A stretch of DNA of 64,000 nt from Geopsychrobacteraceae bacterium (GCA_963676795.2 CAXXTB010000001.1:1371212-1435211); one strand, 5' to 3'; shown: positions 39,901 to 56,313, counted from the first letter of the stretch. Program-made: numbers and translations. Notes: a model not told the origin generated them from the letters alone.

Positions 39901-40092
39901 GAAGCTGAGCTTGCCGCTGCCGATGGAGACCTGCTGATGGAGGGCCTCGCTCATTCTGGCGGAAAGTTCCTGGGTGTACTTATCAAGATCAAAGTTCCAG
40001 ATTGCAATGCCTATGACTGCCAGACCGATAATGCACAGCAGGATGAGCACGTAGACAAGTTTCAGACATGTTCTGATTGTCGGGAGAAACAT
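36982..40092 (-). CDS. AsmA-like / YhdP-type envelope protein
   Basis: N-terminal TM anchor, long beta-rich body, C-terminal AsmA-like region (TVDKIVTSIPLAGWVL); start uncertain. Confidence 0.75.
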   Translation of the reverse strand: MFLPTIRTCLKLVYVLILLCIIGLAVIGIAIWNFDLDKYTQELSARMSEALHQQVSIGSGKLSFRDGIAVELQQLAIGSDQEVRVRIPKISATLEIIPLLHGQFQLKEVRLIEPQVELKLAANASHPQAATSNLMETLGIDVISVYNASLHIAKEGVPAPWNDLQFSGVNAVLRNWQTGRQGSLALVGSLPEFHAGLALETTLPSTAEAPHWSEEPFRGRLKFSIDNPANPPELASQVKLPKAYSLDLSFNGTPSAGIPISLSLAAASSDAPLASVKGLWTYRAGAHDFSDLSGQIFNIPLRGEVHFSADAASASRSLYGNLAVTPFDISTPAIRYWQLPVISKLTTGKVNQLQLNFAQSWDSKKPAAELPIFNLALNLENLAWGDSKLQTIPNLTAELLFQKDQVEVRKSHIILPTGDPLQVEGRIESVFKQPRLDLRATGELSLHPLQQLVQSPDKLHLSGTTPFMASLYGELSDLNLGLSADFATNGIGFADVFKKTPQQKALLSLKGSLSNNMVTVEQLELELDNQLIAARLSGDLAYGLPSFNVSLAPLDLKKLARYSPFLDQRDFSGVLSAELKQQDNSPELTLHINNGAAYLTHALGPLNSIFGNVTLNRKRMSFKQLRASLGKSAFSIDGGIDDWQKPRLRLDLSSPRVRAHDLFFSDQTLILYDVNGRLLIDGNGIEYAPVRLRVENDTLVTVTGRLKSFEAPQVLLDVQAETANVLNVIKLFTGPAHKGDGTGKAPYVRITTNIKTGTLGDLRFKNAEATIQFNQGMLDIHPLNFHNGMGTCSGRVVFNGKEEAYPLKVSGHIKGIDAQVIYRDFFKKDGLINGDLQADFYIEGKPDEQFWASARGGIGLQVRDGVLNKFNSLAKVFSLLNVSQLFALKLPDLQTEGMPFSLMEGSLKIADGYLATEDLKITSEAMNLSLVGRQGLLDDSLDFVLGVMPLRTVDKIVTSIPLAGWVLAGDDKALLTAQFKLEGTGAEPKVTAIPLASLSEGVLGIFKRTFGLPGKLAKDIGSALSREEKKSGEDSK

Positions 40093-40313
40093 AGCGCTTG
40101 AATTCTGTCTCCAGAGACCTTGTGTGAATGGTTGAATAAGCATCATATCCGGATTGATCCGAGTCAGCAAGCATCAGTTGGTCTCCAAGTCGTATCAATT
40201 CTTTACATGTTTTTCCCCCCTTGCTAACATGCAGCGCTTAAGCAGTGTCGGATGTCATGTTTGATGACGAGATTAGATGTAATTGTGCGACCTCCTTTCA
40301 TTGTCGGTCATGC

Positions 40314-43300
40314 ATGAAAATCAAGCGCCTTGAAATAGTCGGTTTCAAATCTTTTGTTGATAAGGTTTCTCTCGACTTTCAGCAGGGGATTACCGGTGTC
40401 GTCGGTCCCAACGGTTGCGGCAAAAGCAATATAGTCGACGCGATACGCTGGGCAATGGGCGAGCAGAACGTCCGTCATCTGCGCGGTCGGGTGATGGAAG
40501 ATATTATCTTCGGCGGCTGCGAGACGCGTAAGCCGCATGGCATGGCCCAGGTCTCAGTCGTTTTCGATAACAGCGCGGGGCTCTGCCCACCGGCGTACCA
40601 GGAGTACGCTGAAATCATGATCACGCGCCGGCTGTTTAGGAGTGGCGACAGTGAATATCTGATCAATAAAACGCCCTGTCGGCTGCTTGATGTGACCGAG
40701 CTGTTCATGGATACCGGGGTCGGCGCCCGGGCCTATTCGATCATCGAGCAGGGCAAGGTCGGCATGATGCTCAGCGCCAAGCCGGAAGAGCTGCGGGCGC
40801 TGATCGAAGAAGTTGCCGGAGTTACAAAATACAAGTCACGCAAAAAAACGGCTCTGCGCAAACTCGATGCGACCGATCAGAATCTGGTGCGGATCAGCGA
40901 TCTGATCGCCGAGGTACGGCGCCAGATGGGGTCCCTGAAAAGACAGGCCCAGAAGGCGGAACGTTTCCGCGATCTGCGCGCAGAGCTGAAGCAGATCGAA
41001 GTTGAGCTCAGCGGTAACCGTTTTCAGAAGTTGCAGGCCGATATTGCGCTTGTTTCCGGACTGGAGCGGGATGAGGCGGGAGTTCTGGCCCGGCTTGATG
41101 GGCGCCTTGCGGAAGATGAACTTCAGCTCGAAGAAAGGCAGTTGCAGCTGGGCCGGGTCGAAGGGGAACATCGCGAGGCCCAGGAGCGGGTTTATCAACT
41201 TGGCGGTGAAGTGCAGCGGGTTGAAAACGAGCTGCTGCTGAACCACCGTCAACGTGAGCATCTGGCGGAGCAGGATAGTCAGCTCAAGGGCGAAATCGAG
41301 AGCGCGTTGACCCAGTTGAAGCTGCTTGAAGAAGAGTATCTGGAGCTTCGGGGGCGGGATTCTCTTTCCGATGTCGAGTTTGATCAATTGCAGGTGGCGG
41401 TCGACGCAGCTGAAGCGGCTCTGAAGCACCAGCAGAATCGGGAACGAGAACTGCTGCATCAGCTGGAAAACGGGCGCTCCGAGCTGATGGAGCTGGTGAC
41501 CCATTGCAGTCGCTTGGCGAATCGCCGCGATGAAATCGAGCGTCGCCTGCGCCTGGATGCTGAGCGTCGCAAGCATATCGAGACCGATGCCGAAGGGATT
41601 GCTGGCCAGCAGGGCGAATTACGTTTGCGCAAAGAGTTCCTGCAGGAACAGCAGCAAAAGCTTGTGATACGTCAGAAAGCCCTGCAGGAGCAGGTCGCCG
41701 AGTATGGCGAGCAGTGGCAGCGCATCAAGCGGGATCTTGCAGCCCGGGAGGACGGCCTCGCCGAGCTCAGACAGAAGCTGGAACGTCAGCGCTCCCGTCA
41801 GGAGTCGTTGCTGGAACTTCAGGGCAGTATGGAAGGGTACGCTGAGGGAACGCGGGCCCTGTTGGAGGCTCTGGGTGGTCGAAAGATCTTTGCGGACCTG
41901 ATCAGGGTGCCGCAGGAACTGGAAGGTGTCGTTGAGGCGGTGCTTGGTGAGCGCCTTCAGGCCGTGCCGCTGGCATCAGACGTTGTTAGCGGGGCTTTAG
42001 AGCAACTGACCCGGATTCAGGCTCGCGCTCACCTGCTGGTGAAAACGCCACCCTTTTCTGTGTCTGGCCCGCAGCTTGGCCAGCCGCTGACCGATCTCCT
42101 TCAGGTTCAGGCTGAGGCCGGACTGGTCGCTCAGCTATTGAGCGGCATTTTTATTGTTGATAACTGTCGCGATTACCTCGGGATTGAACTTGGTCCAGGC
42201 TGCGTGCTGGTCGATGCGGCTGGGCAGTGCCTGGATTGGCGTGGTCTGTTCAGTGGCGGAACTGCAACCTTGAGCGGCGGGGGGCTGTTGCGCCGGCAGC
42301 GCCAGATTGAGGAACTCGAGGTTGGGATTCAGAAGCTTGAAGCGGATACGAAGGCTGCCGAGCGTGATGTCGACAGCATTGCAGAAAGGCTGCTGACTCT
42401 GGAAGAGGGGAAAACGGTTGCGGTCAGCGAGTTGCACAGGCTTGAGCTGCGGTTGCTCGATATTTCAAAGGATCGCCAGGGGCTTCAGGCCGAGGATGAG
42501 CACCTCAATAAACGCCTTGCGCTGATTGTCTTCGATCTTGAGCAGATAGACGAAAGTGCTCAGTCAGCCAGGGCGGAACTGGAAAGGTTTGGCGAGGAAA
42601 TTTGTGCTGCAAATGAAAGACAACTTCTGCTTGAGCGCTCTGCCTCGGACCTGCAGGCTGAATCGGTCGAACTGCGAGAAAGTCTGGAGTACAGCCGCGA
42701 AGATCTGGTCCAGCAGCGCCTGCGCCTTGCAACCATGCAACAGCAGCAGAAAGCCCAGCGGGAGACGATGCAGCGGATCGACGCTCAGCGGGAATCTCTG
42801 ACACAGCGCCGGGAGCTGTTGTTGGCCCGACAAACCCAGGGGGGTGGCGAACTGCAGTCTTTGGCGCAGAGTGATCAGCACTTGAAGATGGAACTCGATG
42901 CGTTGCTTGGACGGCGCGAGGCGCAGCAAAAGACATCCGACAGGTTGCGCGAAGGGTATGAGGAACAGCGCGCTTTGCTCGACGAATTTCGCGATCAGTC
43001 AAGGCGAGTGCGTCATGAGGCGGAAGAGCTGCGTAAACGGGTGGCCGCACTTCAGCTGCGCCAGCGTGAACTGGAGTTGGATGCTGAAAATATCCGTCAG
43101 GGTATCCTTGACCGCTACCGGGTCGATCTGAGTGAGCACCAGGTGCCCGAGGCTAATGAGGTTGAGGTGCTGCGTCAGCAGCAGCTGCTCAAGAGGCTTC
43201 AGGATCAGATCTCAACCCTGGGTGATGTTAACCTGATGGCGATTGAAGAATATCAGGAACAGGAACAGCGCTATAATTTTCTTTCGCGGCAGCGCGATGA

Positions 43301-43823
43301 TCTCAATCAGGCAATGGATGACCTGCAGAAAGCGATCAGCCAGATTAACCGGACGACCCGCAGGCGTTTCAAAGAAACCTTTGAGCTGGCCAATGAAAAA
43401 TTCAAGCAGGTTTTTCCCCGTTTGTTCCGGGGCGGACAGGCTGAGTTGCGTTTGACCAACGAAGATGATCTGCTTGAAACTGGCATTGAAATTATTGTTC
43501 AGCCACCGGGTAAGCGACTGCAGAATGTCAACCTGCTTTCGGGGGGCGAAAAGGCTCTGACCGCCGTTGCTCTGATTTTTTCCCTGTTTTTGATTAAGCC
43601 GACACCGTTCTGTATTCTTGACGAGGTCGACGCTCCGCTGGATGATGCAAACATCGATCGTTTTGCTGATATGGTAAAAGAGATGACGCAGCAGTCTCAG
43701 TTTATTATTATCACCCACAGTAAACGAACCATGAAGGTTGTTGATACAATGTACGGAGTTACCATGCAGGAGCCGGGTATCTCGAAACTGGTTTCCGTGC
43801 GTATGAATGAGACTGTTGCCTGA
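40314..43823 (+). CDS. smc: Chromosome segregation protein SMC
   Basis: GFKSF, GPNGCGKSN, coiled coils, LSGGEK, LDEVDAPLDDAN. Confidence 0.96.
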   Translation: MKIKRLEIVGFKSFVDKVSLDFQQGITGVVGPNGCGKSNIVDAIRWAMGEQNVRHLRGRVMEDIIFGGCETRKPHGMAQVSVVFDNSAGLCPPAYQEYAEIMITRRLFRSGDSEYLINKTPCRLLDVTELFMDTGVGARAYSIIEQGKVGMMLSAKPEELRALIEEVAGVTKYKSRKKTALRKLDATDQNLVRISDLIAEVRRQMGSLKRQAQKAERFRDLRAELKQIEVELSGNRFQKLQADIALVSGLERDEAGVLARLDGRLAEDELQLEERQLQLGRVEGEHREAQERVYQLGGEVQRVENELLLNHRQREHLAEQDSQLKGEIESALTQLKLLEEEYLELRGRDSLSDVEFDQLQVAVDAAEAALKHQQNRERELLHQLENGRSELMELVTHCSRLANRRDEIERRLRLDAERRKHIETDAEGIAGQQGELRLRKEFLQEQQQKLVIRQKALQEQVAEYGEQWQRIKRDLAAREDGLAELRQKLERQRSRQESLLELQGSMEGYAEGTRALLEALGGRKIFADLIRVPQELEGVVEAVLGERLQAVPLASDVVSGALEQLTRIQARAHLLVKTPPFSVSGPQLGQPLTDLLQVQAEAGLVAQLLSGIFIVDNCRDYLGIELGPGCVLVDAAGQCLDWRGLFSGGTATLSGGGLLRRQRQIEELEVGIQKLEADTKAAERDVDSIAERLLTLEEGKTVAVSELHRLELRLLDISKDRQGLQAEDEHLNKRLALIVFDLEQIDESAQSARAELERFGEEICAANERQLLLERSASDLQAESVELRESLEYSREDLVQQRLRLATMQQQQKAQRETMQRIDAQRESLTQRRELLLARQTQGGGELQSLAQSDQHLKMELDALLGRREAQQKTSDRLREGYEEQRALLDEFRDQSRRVRHEAEELRKRVAALQLRQRELELDAENIRQGILDRYRVDLSEHQVPEANEVEVLRQQQLLKRLQDQISTLGDVNLMAIEEYQEQEQRYNFLSRQRDDLNQAMDDLQKAISQINRTTRRRFKETFELANEKFKQVFPRLFRGGQAELRLTNEDDLLETGIEIIVQPPGKRLQNVNLLSGGEKALTAVALIFSLFLIKPTPFCILDEVDAPLDDANIDRFADMVKEMTQQSQFIIITHSKRTMKVVDTMYGVTMQEPGISKLVSVRMNETVA

Positions 43824-43860
43824 TCTTGCCAGATAAACAGGCCGTCTTTCGGGAGATGCT

Positions 43861-44223
43861 ATGCCTTTTAAAACAAGACTGAATCAATTGCTGGACGATG
43901 TGCCCGGTGCTCTTGGGGCGATAATTGTCGATTGGGAGGGGGAAGCCGTTGATCAGGTCAGTAGCCTGGGGGAGTATGATATCAAGCTTATTGGCGCACA
44001 TAACGGCATCATCCTGTCGCGCATGCAGGAGACCTTTGAGCATGTTGATGCTGGTGAGCTTGAGGAGGTTGTGATTCGTACGACGCTCTCCCGGACGATG
44101 ATCAGGCCTCTGACGGAAGATTATCTCATCCTGTTGGAGCTTGATCAGTGTGCCCAGCTCTCACGCGCCCGACACTGCCTGGATAGTTGTGTCGAAGAGT
44201 TACGTCACGAATTTGATGTTTAG
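43861..44223 (+). CDS. Roadblock/LC7 (MglB-like) domain protein
   Basis: VPGALGAIIVDWEGEAVD pattern; 120 aa, between smc and ftsY. Confidence 0.65.
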   Translation: MPFKTRLNQLLDDVPGALGAIIVDWEGEAVDQVSSLGEYDIKLIGAHNGIILSRMQETFEHVDAGELEEVVIRTTLSRTMIRPLTEDYLILLELDQCAQLSRARHCLDSCVEELRHEFDV

Positions 44224-44267
44224 GTTGGCAGATTTTTACGTTTTTTTAAGATGAAGGAATTGAAGGA

Positions 44268-45665
<1,398 letters not shown>

Positions 45666-45696
45666 TCTCAGCCCCGAATGTTTGCGGAGATGGTAG

Positions 45697-45882
45697 ATGG
45701 AAATGCTGGACCGTCTGGAAGACCGGGTTGACCGGTTGTTGGCCTATTGCACCAAGCTTCAGCGGGTCAATGTTGAGTTGACACGGGAGAATGAACTGTT
45801 GAAGCAGGAGCGTGAACGTATGCTGGAAGAGGTAGACAGTATCCTCAAGCGGCTGGATCTGATCCAGTTGGAGGACTCATGA
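45697..45882 (+). CDS. Small coiled-coil protein, ZapB-like
   Basis: 61-aa heptad-rich protein overlapping the zapA start. Confidence 0.6.
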   Translation: MEMLDRLEDRVDRLLAYCTKLQRVNVELTRENELLKQERERMLEEVDSILKRLDLIQLEDS

Positions 45883-46157
45883 CCCCCAGCGTACGGATCA
45901 AGGTGCAGGGGCGCGAGTATGTGCTGAGAACCCGACAGACACAAGAGCAGATTCAGCGTGTTGTTGATTTTGTCGAAGAGAAGCTGGCAGAGACTGCGGC
46001 TGGTATTTCAGCGGATACTCGTGACCTGACGGTTCTGACCCTGTTGAACCTGGCCGGACAGCATCTCCAGCTGATCGATGATCAGGGGCAGGAGCGGGAA
46101 CAGGCGTCCCGATTGGAAAGCCTGGCTGAACGGATTGAAAACCTGATCGGGCAATAA
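45879..46157 (+). CDS. zapA: Cell division protein ZapA
   Basis: IKVQGREYVL, VLTLLNLA; synteny with ftsY and the cyclo-ligase. Confidence 0.82.
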   Translation: MTPSVRIKVQGREYVLRTRQTQEQIQRVVDFVEEKLAETAAGISADTRDLTVLTLLNLAGQHLQLIDDQGQEREQASRLESLAERIENLIGQ

Positions 46158-46199
46158 TTACGGTTGCTAAGCCGTTGCTTAAGAGTGTAGTATTACAAA

Positions 46200-46445
46200 T
46201 AGTGAATTTTGGTTTTTGTGCATGAATTGAGTGCGCAGCTCAGAGTTGATAATTTAGTTGGATGCTTTACATATAAAGTTAGACCTCTCTTGAAGAGTTC
46301 ATGCCTTCCTTCGATGGGGGGCAGTTACAAGGTTCAGGATTTCAGGTAACGGGAACAAGAATATTCGTAAGTTAAAAGGATATTAAACTTCAAAAGTCGC
46401 AAGCGTGATCCTGTGCAGCAGATGCCGCGAGCGGTCTAACTCTCA
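46200..46445 (+). ncRNA. ssrS: Probable 6S RNA (boundaries uncertain)
   Basis: ORF-free gap at the conserved zapA-ssrS-cyclo-ligase position; GTTAGACC (46278-46285) can pair with GGTCTAAC (46433-46440); sequence not confidently recognised. Confidence 0.45.
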
Positions 46446-46499
46446 AAAACATCACTAAATGTTTCTTCTCTTTGCTGGCGCAGCAGGATTGTGTCGGCT

Positions 46500-47078
46500 A
46501 TGGATAAACAGGCCATTCGTCAGGCTGCTCTTAAGCAGCGTCAACAGCTTGCTCCTTCCGACCATGCTCTGCTCAGTTGCCAGGTTCTTGATCGTCTTGT
46601 TGTTCAGGACTTTTTTCAGAGTGCTCAGAAAATAGCGAGTTACAGTGCGATCAGGCGAGAAGTCGACGCTGATCTGCTCCTGGAACAGTGTCAGTTGGAA
46701 CAGCGCCAGTTGTTTCTGCCGCGGGTTGTTGGCGATACGCTGGTTTTTCATGCTGTTGCCAGCCGGGCTGATCTCCAGGTCGGGGCTTTCGGAGTCTGTG
46801 AGCCCCGGGGGGGGGGAGCAACTGCAGATCTTGTTGATTTTGATCTGGTCATAGTTCCGGGCGTTGCTTTTGATTTGCGCGGCTATCGTCTTGGCTATGG
46901 CAAAGGTTTTTATGACCGTTTTCTGGCAGCGAAGCCGGAAGCGACTGTGACAGTTGGTTTGTGTTTCGATTTTCAGGTGCTTGAGCGCCTGCCGCACGAG
47001 GCACATGATCAGTCTCTGGATTATGTCCTGACTGAGAAACGGATCATTCCCTGCCACATGGGTGTGGCAGGTTTATAA
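46500..47078 (+). CDS. 5-formyltetrahydrofolate cyclo-ligase
   Basis: VPGVAFD, RLGYGKGFYDR, HDQSLD. Confidence 0.93.
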   Translation: MDKQAIRQAALKQRQQLAPSDHALLSCQVLDRLVVQDFFQSAQKIASYSAIRREVDADLLLEQCQLEQRQLFLPRVVGDTLVFHAVASRADLQVGAFGVCEPRGGGATADLVDFDLVIVPGVAFDLRGYRLGYGKGFYDRFLAAKPEATVTVGLCFDFQVLERLPHEAHDQSLDYVLTEKRIIPCHMGVAGL

Positions 47079-47099
47079 TAAACTCTGCTGGGAGGTCTT

Positions 47100-48665
47100 A
47101 TGCAGATTCAAATTTTATCGATTATTCTGGTCTTCATCGCTCTTGTCGTTGGGGTCCTGCTGGGGATTTTTCTTCGTCGTAAGTTTGCTGAATCAACGGT
47201 TAGTAATGCCAAGGTTGCCGCAGAAAAGCTGATCGGTGATGCCAGTAAGGAAGTCGAGACGCTGCGCAAGGAGGCGATGATCCAGGCTAAGGATGTTGTC
47301 CTTCAGGCCAAGTCGGATTGGGAGCAGGAGGCGCGCGAGCTGCGCAAGGAGATTCATAGTCAGGAGAACCGTCTTCAGCAGAAGGAGGAGAATCTTGACC
47401 GTAAGCAGGACCAGCTTGATCAGCGCCACGAAGAAATGAACAAGCGGGAAGGTCAGTTGCGCCAGCAGCAGGACCGGATCCAGAAAAGAACTCAGGAGGT
47501 CGATGCCCTTTACGAGGAGCAGCGCAGTGCTCTTGAGCGGATCTCCGGCATGACCGGTGAACAGGCCAGGCAGCAACTGGTCGATGCCATGCTGAGTGAG
47601 GCCCGTCACGATGCGGCCAAGAGCATCAAGACCATTGAGGATGAAGCTCGCGAAGTTGCTGACAAAAAAGCTCAGAAAATTATGGCGCTGGCCATTCAGC
47701 GCTACGCCGGCGACTTTGTTGCCGACAAGACAGTCAGCGTCGTACCGCTTCCTTCTGATGAGATGAAGGGGCGGATTATCGGTCGTGAAGGGCGCAATAT
47801 CCGTGCAATTGAAGCTGCAACCGGGATCGACCTGATCATCGATGACACGCCTGAGGCGGTGGTTATTTCCGGCTTTAACCCGGTTCGTCGTGAGGTTGCA
47901 AGAATTGCTCTTGAGCGCCTGATCGCCGACGGCCGTATCCATCCGGCGCGTATCGAGGAGCTGGTTCAGAAAGCCCAGGAGGAGGTCGATGAGGAAATCC
48001 GTCAGGCGGGCGAGCAGGCGACCTTCGATGTCGGTGTCCACGGGATTCATCCGGAGATTGTCAAGCTGCTCGGGATGCTGAAGTATCGGACCTCCTATGG
48101 TCAGAATGTCCTCGTTCACTCCATCGAGATGGCTTTTCTCTGTGGTATGATGGCGGCTGAACTTGGCATCAATGTCAAGCAGGCCAAGCGTGCTGCTCTG
48201 CTGCATGATATCGGCAAGGCGGTCAGTCATGAGCTGGAAGGTTCTCACGCTGTCAATGGTGCCGAGTTGGCCCGTAAATATGGTGAGTCGCCAAAGATTG
48301 TTCATGCTATCGCGGCTCACCATGAGGATGAAAAGCCGGAAACCGTCCTGGCAATTCTGGTTCAGGCTTCGGATGCCCTGTCCGGTGCCCGCCCTGGTGC
48401 CCGTCGTGAAACCCTGGAAACCTATGTCAAGCGTCTGCGGGATCTCGAGCAGATCGGCACCTCATTCGAGGGGGTTACCGGCTGCTTTGCCATCCAGGCC
48501 GGGCGTGAGATTCGGGTTATGGTTTCCAGTGAGCAGGTTTCTGACGAGTACTCACATGTCCTGGCAAAAGACATCGCTAAGAAGATTGAGAGTGAGATGA
48601 CCTATCCGGGGCAGATCAGGGTTAACGTCATACGTGAAACCCGTGCTGTCGAGTACGCAAAGTAG
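47100..48665 (+). CDS. rny: Ribonuclease Y
   Basis: N-terminal TM, coiled coil, KH ([12 protein letters not shown]), HD (LLHDIGK). Confidence 0.96.
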   Translation: MQIQILSIILVFIALVVGVLLGIFLRRKFAESTVSNAKVAAEKLIGDASKEVETLRKEAMIQAKDVVLQAKSDWEQEARELRKEIHSQENRLQQKEENLDRKQDQLDQRHEEMNKREGQLRQQQDRIQKRTQEVDALYEEQRSALERISGMTGEQARQQLVDAMLSEARHDAAKSIKTIEDEAREVADKKAQKIMALAIQRYAGDFVADKTVSVVPLPSDEMKGRIIGREGRNIRAIEAATGIDLIIDDTPEAVVISGFNPVRREVARIALERLIADGRIHPARIEELVQKAQEEVDEEIRQAGEQATFDVGVHGIHPEIVKLLGMLKYRTSYGQNVLVHSIEMAFLCGMMAAELGINVKQAKRAALLHDIGKAVSHELEGSHAVNGAELARKYGESPKIVHAIAAHHEDEKPETVLAILVQASDALSGARPGARRETLETYVKRLRDLEQIGTSFEGVTGCFAIQAGREIRVMVSSEQVSDEYSHVLAKDIAKKIESEMTYPGQIRVNVIRETRAVEYAK

Positions 48666-48748
48666 GTTTTGGCTCCTTGTATATCCTTTGTCGGGACCTG
48701 CTCTGGCTGTTGATCTTTCGGGCAGGTCCTGTTTTTTTGGAGACTTTT

Positions 48749-49528
48749 TTGAAGCTATTGTTTATTGGCGATATCGTCGGACGTGTCGGGCGCAAGGTTG
48801 TTTCGGACTGTCTTGCTGAACTTGTTGCGACGCATCAGGTTGACCTGGTTGTTGCCAATGGTGAAAATGCGGCATCCGGCTATGGGCTGACTGAGGCGGT
48901 TCTGAAGGAATTGTTTGCTGCTGGTATCGATGTGGTGACCAGCGGCAATCATATCTGGGATAAGCGTGAAATTTTTCCTGTTCTTGATCAGCATCCGAAA
49001 TTGTTGCGGCCGGCCAATTATCCGCCCGGGCAACCCGGTCGGGGAACTGGGGTCTATCAGGCGAAGAATGGCTCTCTGGTCGGTGTTCTGAACCTTGAGG
49101 GCCGGGTGTTTATGAAGAATCTGGACTGTCCCTTCCGGGCTGCAGATCTTCTGGTGGAGGAATTGCGTCAGGCTACGCCGATCATTTTTGTCGATTTTCA
49201 CGCTGAGGCGACCAGCGAAAAGCAGGCCCTTGGCTGTTTCCTGACCGGTCGCGTGTCGGCTGTGGTCGGTACGCATACCCATGTGCAGACCGCTGACGAG
49301 AGAATCCTTGATGGTTATACCGGTTATCTGACTGATGTCGGGATGTCAGGCAGTCAGGACGGGATCATCGGCAATGACAAGGAAGCAGCCTTGAACCGTT
49401 TCCTGACTCAGATGCCGGTGCGCCTTGAGGTGGCAAAAAAAGATCCTCAGCTCTGTGCTGTCCTGCTGACAATCGATGATGACAGTGGTGCCTGTGAAAA
49501 GATTGAGCGGATCCTGAAGCGCCCCTAG
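48749..49528 (+). CDS. YmdB-like (TIGR00282) metallophosphoesterase
   Basis: FIGDIVG, NGEN, SGNH, DFHAEATSEK, GTHTHV; TTG start after GGAG. Confidence 0.92.
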   Translation: MKLLFIGDIVGRVGRKVVSDCLAELVATHQVDLVVANGENAASGYGLTEAVLKELFAAGIDVVTSGNHIWDKREIFPVLDQHPKLLRPANYPPGQPGRGTGVYQAKNGSLVGVLNLEGRVFMKNLDCPFRAADLLVEELRQATPIIFVDFHAEATSEKQALGCFLTGRVSAVVGTHTHVQTADERILDGYTGYLTDVGMSGSQDGIIGNDKEAALNRFLTQMPVRLEVAKKDPQLCAVLLTIDDDSGACEKIERILKRP

Positions 49529-49586
49529 GCGTTCTGGTTGAGAATTTGACACGATTTAAACTAATTTGATGAACGGGTAGGGAACG

Positions 49587-50879
49587 ATGAACTTTGTCGA
49601 AGAGTTGACTTGGCGCGGAATGATCCATGACATCATGCCGGGAACTGAAGAACAGTTGCAGAAGGAGATGACCTCCGCCTATGTCGGAATCGACCCGACC
49701 GCAGATTCATTGCATATCGGTCACCTGGTCAGTGTCATGATGCTCAAGCATCTGCAGCGCGCTGGCCATAAACCGATCGCTCTTGTCGGCGGGGCAACCG
49801 GCATGATCGGTGACCCGTCAGGCAAGTCTGCCGAGCGTAATCTTCTTGATGAGGAAACCCTGCGTCACAATGAAGCCTGTCTGAAGAAGCAATTGGAGAA
49901 GTTTCTCGACTTTGAGTCCGCTGCCCCGAATGCTGCCGAGCTGGTCAATAACTACGACTGGATGAGGGAGTTCAGCTTTCTCGACTTTATCCGTGACATC
50001 GGCAAGCATATCACTGTCAACTATATGATGGCCAAGGATAGCGTCAAGAAGCGCCTCGGTGAAGAGTCGAAAACCGGACTGTCGTTTACTGAGTTCACTT
50101 ATCAGTTGGTTCAGGGGACCGATTTCCTGCATCTCTACCGTGAAAAGAACTGCAAGCTGCAGATGGGCGGCTCTGATCAGTGGGGGAATATTACTACGGG
50201 AACCGAACTGATTCGCCGTAAAGAGGGTGGTGAGGCTTTTGCCCTGACCTGTCCGCTGATTACCAAGGCGGATGGCGGCAAGTTTGGCAAAACCGAAAGT
50301 GGTAATGTCTGGCTCGATCCCAAACTGACAACTCCGTACAAGTTTTATCAGTTCTGGCTCAATGTTTCTGATGCTGATGCTGAAAAGTATATCAAGATTT
50401 TTACCCTGCTCACTCAGGAGCAGGTTGCTGAGTTGCTTAAAGAGCAGGAGGCTGCTCCGCATTTGCGCGCACTTCAGAAGCGCCTTGCCCAGGAAGTGAC
50501 CTGTATGGTTCATGGTGAGGGTGAATATCTGAAGGCTGTTGAGGCGTCAGGAATCCTGTTTGGCAATGCTACGACTGAAAGTCTTGCCGCGCTCGATAAG
50601 GAAACCTTTCTGTCGGTTTTTGAGGGTGTCCCGACCTATGGGATTGAGCGGGCCAAGCTTGAGTCTGGCATTGATGTCGTTGAGTTGCTGGCTGGTGAAA
50701 CTGCAACCTTTCCGTCGAAGGGGGAGTTGCGCCGGACGATCAAGGGGAATGGTCTGAGTCTGAATAAAGCCCGGTTGACCGATCCTGAGTACCGCGTAAC
50801 CTGCGCAGATCTGATCAATGATGCCTATATTCTGGTTCAGAAGGGTAAGAAAACCTATTACATTGTCGAGGTTGTCTAG
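49587..50879 (+). CDS. tyrS: Tyrosine--tRNA ligase
   Basis: [13 protein letters not shown] (HIGH), [14 protein letters not shown]-terminal S4 domain. Confidence 0.96.
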   Translation: MNFVEELTWRGMIHDIMPGTEEQLQKEMTSAYVGIDPTADSLHIGHLVSVMMLKHLQRAGHKPIALVGGATGMIGDPSGKSAERNLLDEETLRHNEACLKKQLEKFLDFESAAPNAAELVNNYDWMREFSFLDFIRDIGKHITVNYMMAKDSVKKRLGEESKTGLSFTEFTYQLVQGTDFLHLYREKNCKLQMGGSDQWGNITTGTELIRRKEGGEAFALTCPLITKADGGKFGKTESGNVWLDPKLTTPYKFYQFWLNVSDADAEKYIKIFTLLTQEQVAELLKEQEAAPHLRALQKRLAQEVTCMVHGEGEYLKAVEASGILFGNATTESLAALDKETFLSVFEGVPTYGIERAKLESGIDVVELLAGETATFPSKGELRRTIKGNGLSLNKARLTDPEYRVTCADLINDAYILVQKGKKTYYIVEVV

Positions 50880-50983
50880 TCTGCGGAAGATTTTTTTTGA
50901 ATGGCTAGACGTAGAAAAGAAACGATAAAACGGTAGCTTGAATTTTTTTTGTGGTAGAATAGAAAAACCCGCAAAAAAAAGTA

Positions 50984-51109
50984 TTGACGATATTGTTGTG
51001 ATTGTTTATAAACGCCATCCGCAGCAGGGAGAAACTCAAAGCGACTCACTGCAGCGTTGCAGAAAAAGTTAAAAAAGAGTTTGACAGGGAAGGGTGATTT
51101 GGATAGAGT
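50984..51109 (+). promoter_or_regulatory. Tandem rRNA promoters P1/P2, operon 1
   Basis: TTGACG-N17-TATAAA (50984-51012) and TTGACA-N17-TAGAGT (51081-51109), each preceded by an A-rich UP-like tract. Confidence 0.8.
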
Positions 51110-51240
51110 CCTTGCTTGTCGCTTCGCTCCGGCGGGGCAAAAAAGCTGGTCTTTGAAAACTAAATAGCAGACGTTTTAAAGAGCTTGTAAGGGTTCAAGT
51201 CAAATTGAACAAAACTAGGATTTAAAAAACTTCAGATATT

Positions 51241-52773
<1,533 letters not shown>

Positions 52774-52932
52774 TAAGGAGCTCATCCACTCGAAAGAGTG
52801 AGATAGACGCTTACTTAAAAGCAAACTTACAAGTTCTAACTCTGCTATTTAGTTTTGAGAGACCAGGCCTCTTTATCAAGAAGAGGTTTTGTGTTCTTTG
52901 ACATCGAATTTGCACAGATACTGTGTGGAAGT

Positions 52933-53009
52933 GGGCTAGTAGCTCAGCTGGCTAGAGCACACGACTGATAATCGTGAGGTCGGAGGTTCAAGTCCTCCCT
53001 GGCCCACCA
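52933..53009 (+). tRNA. tRNA-Ile(GAT)
   Basis: 77-nt cloverleaf, CTGATAA anticodon loop, encoded CCA. Confidence 0.97.
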
Positions 53010-53018
53010 GATTATTAT

Positions 53019-53094
53019 GGGGGTGTAGCTCAGTTGGGAGAGCGCCTGCCTTGCAAGCAGGAGGTCATCGGTTCGATCCCGTTCACCTCCACCA
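53019..53094 (+). tRNA. tRNA-Ala(TGC)
   Basis: 76 nt, TTGCAA loop, G3:U70, encoded CCA. Confidence 0.97.
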
Positions 53095-53244
53095 TATCTG
53101 TAGAGAATTATTCGATCTTTGACAATTGCATACGACATACTAGATTTAGAAAATCATAGATATAAGTTGTGATGACTTATGTTTATGTCAAGCAAAGCGA
53201 TAACAAGTAAAGGCTAAGCATAAACTTAGTAAAAGACTATTTAT

Positions 53245-56193
<2,949 letters not shown>

Positions 56194-56313
56194 TAAAAAG
56201 TTTTTTAATAGGGAAGGGGGAGCAAAAGCTCCCCCGCTCCCCCTTGAAAGTTATCGACAAAAAGACAATATCTAGTATATAGGTCGTACGCGATTGAAAA
56301 CCGATTTAAGGTT

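Noticed and set aside
56214..56245. Hairpin with a duplicated GCTCCCCC arm in the 23S-5S spacer
   Set aside because: Ordinary spacer structure with no evidence of a separate function.
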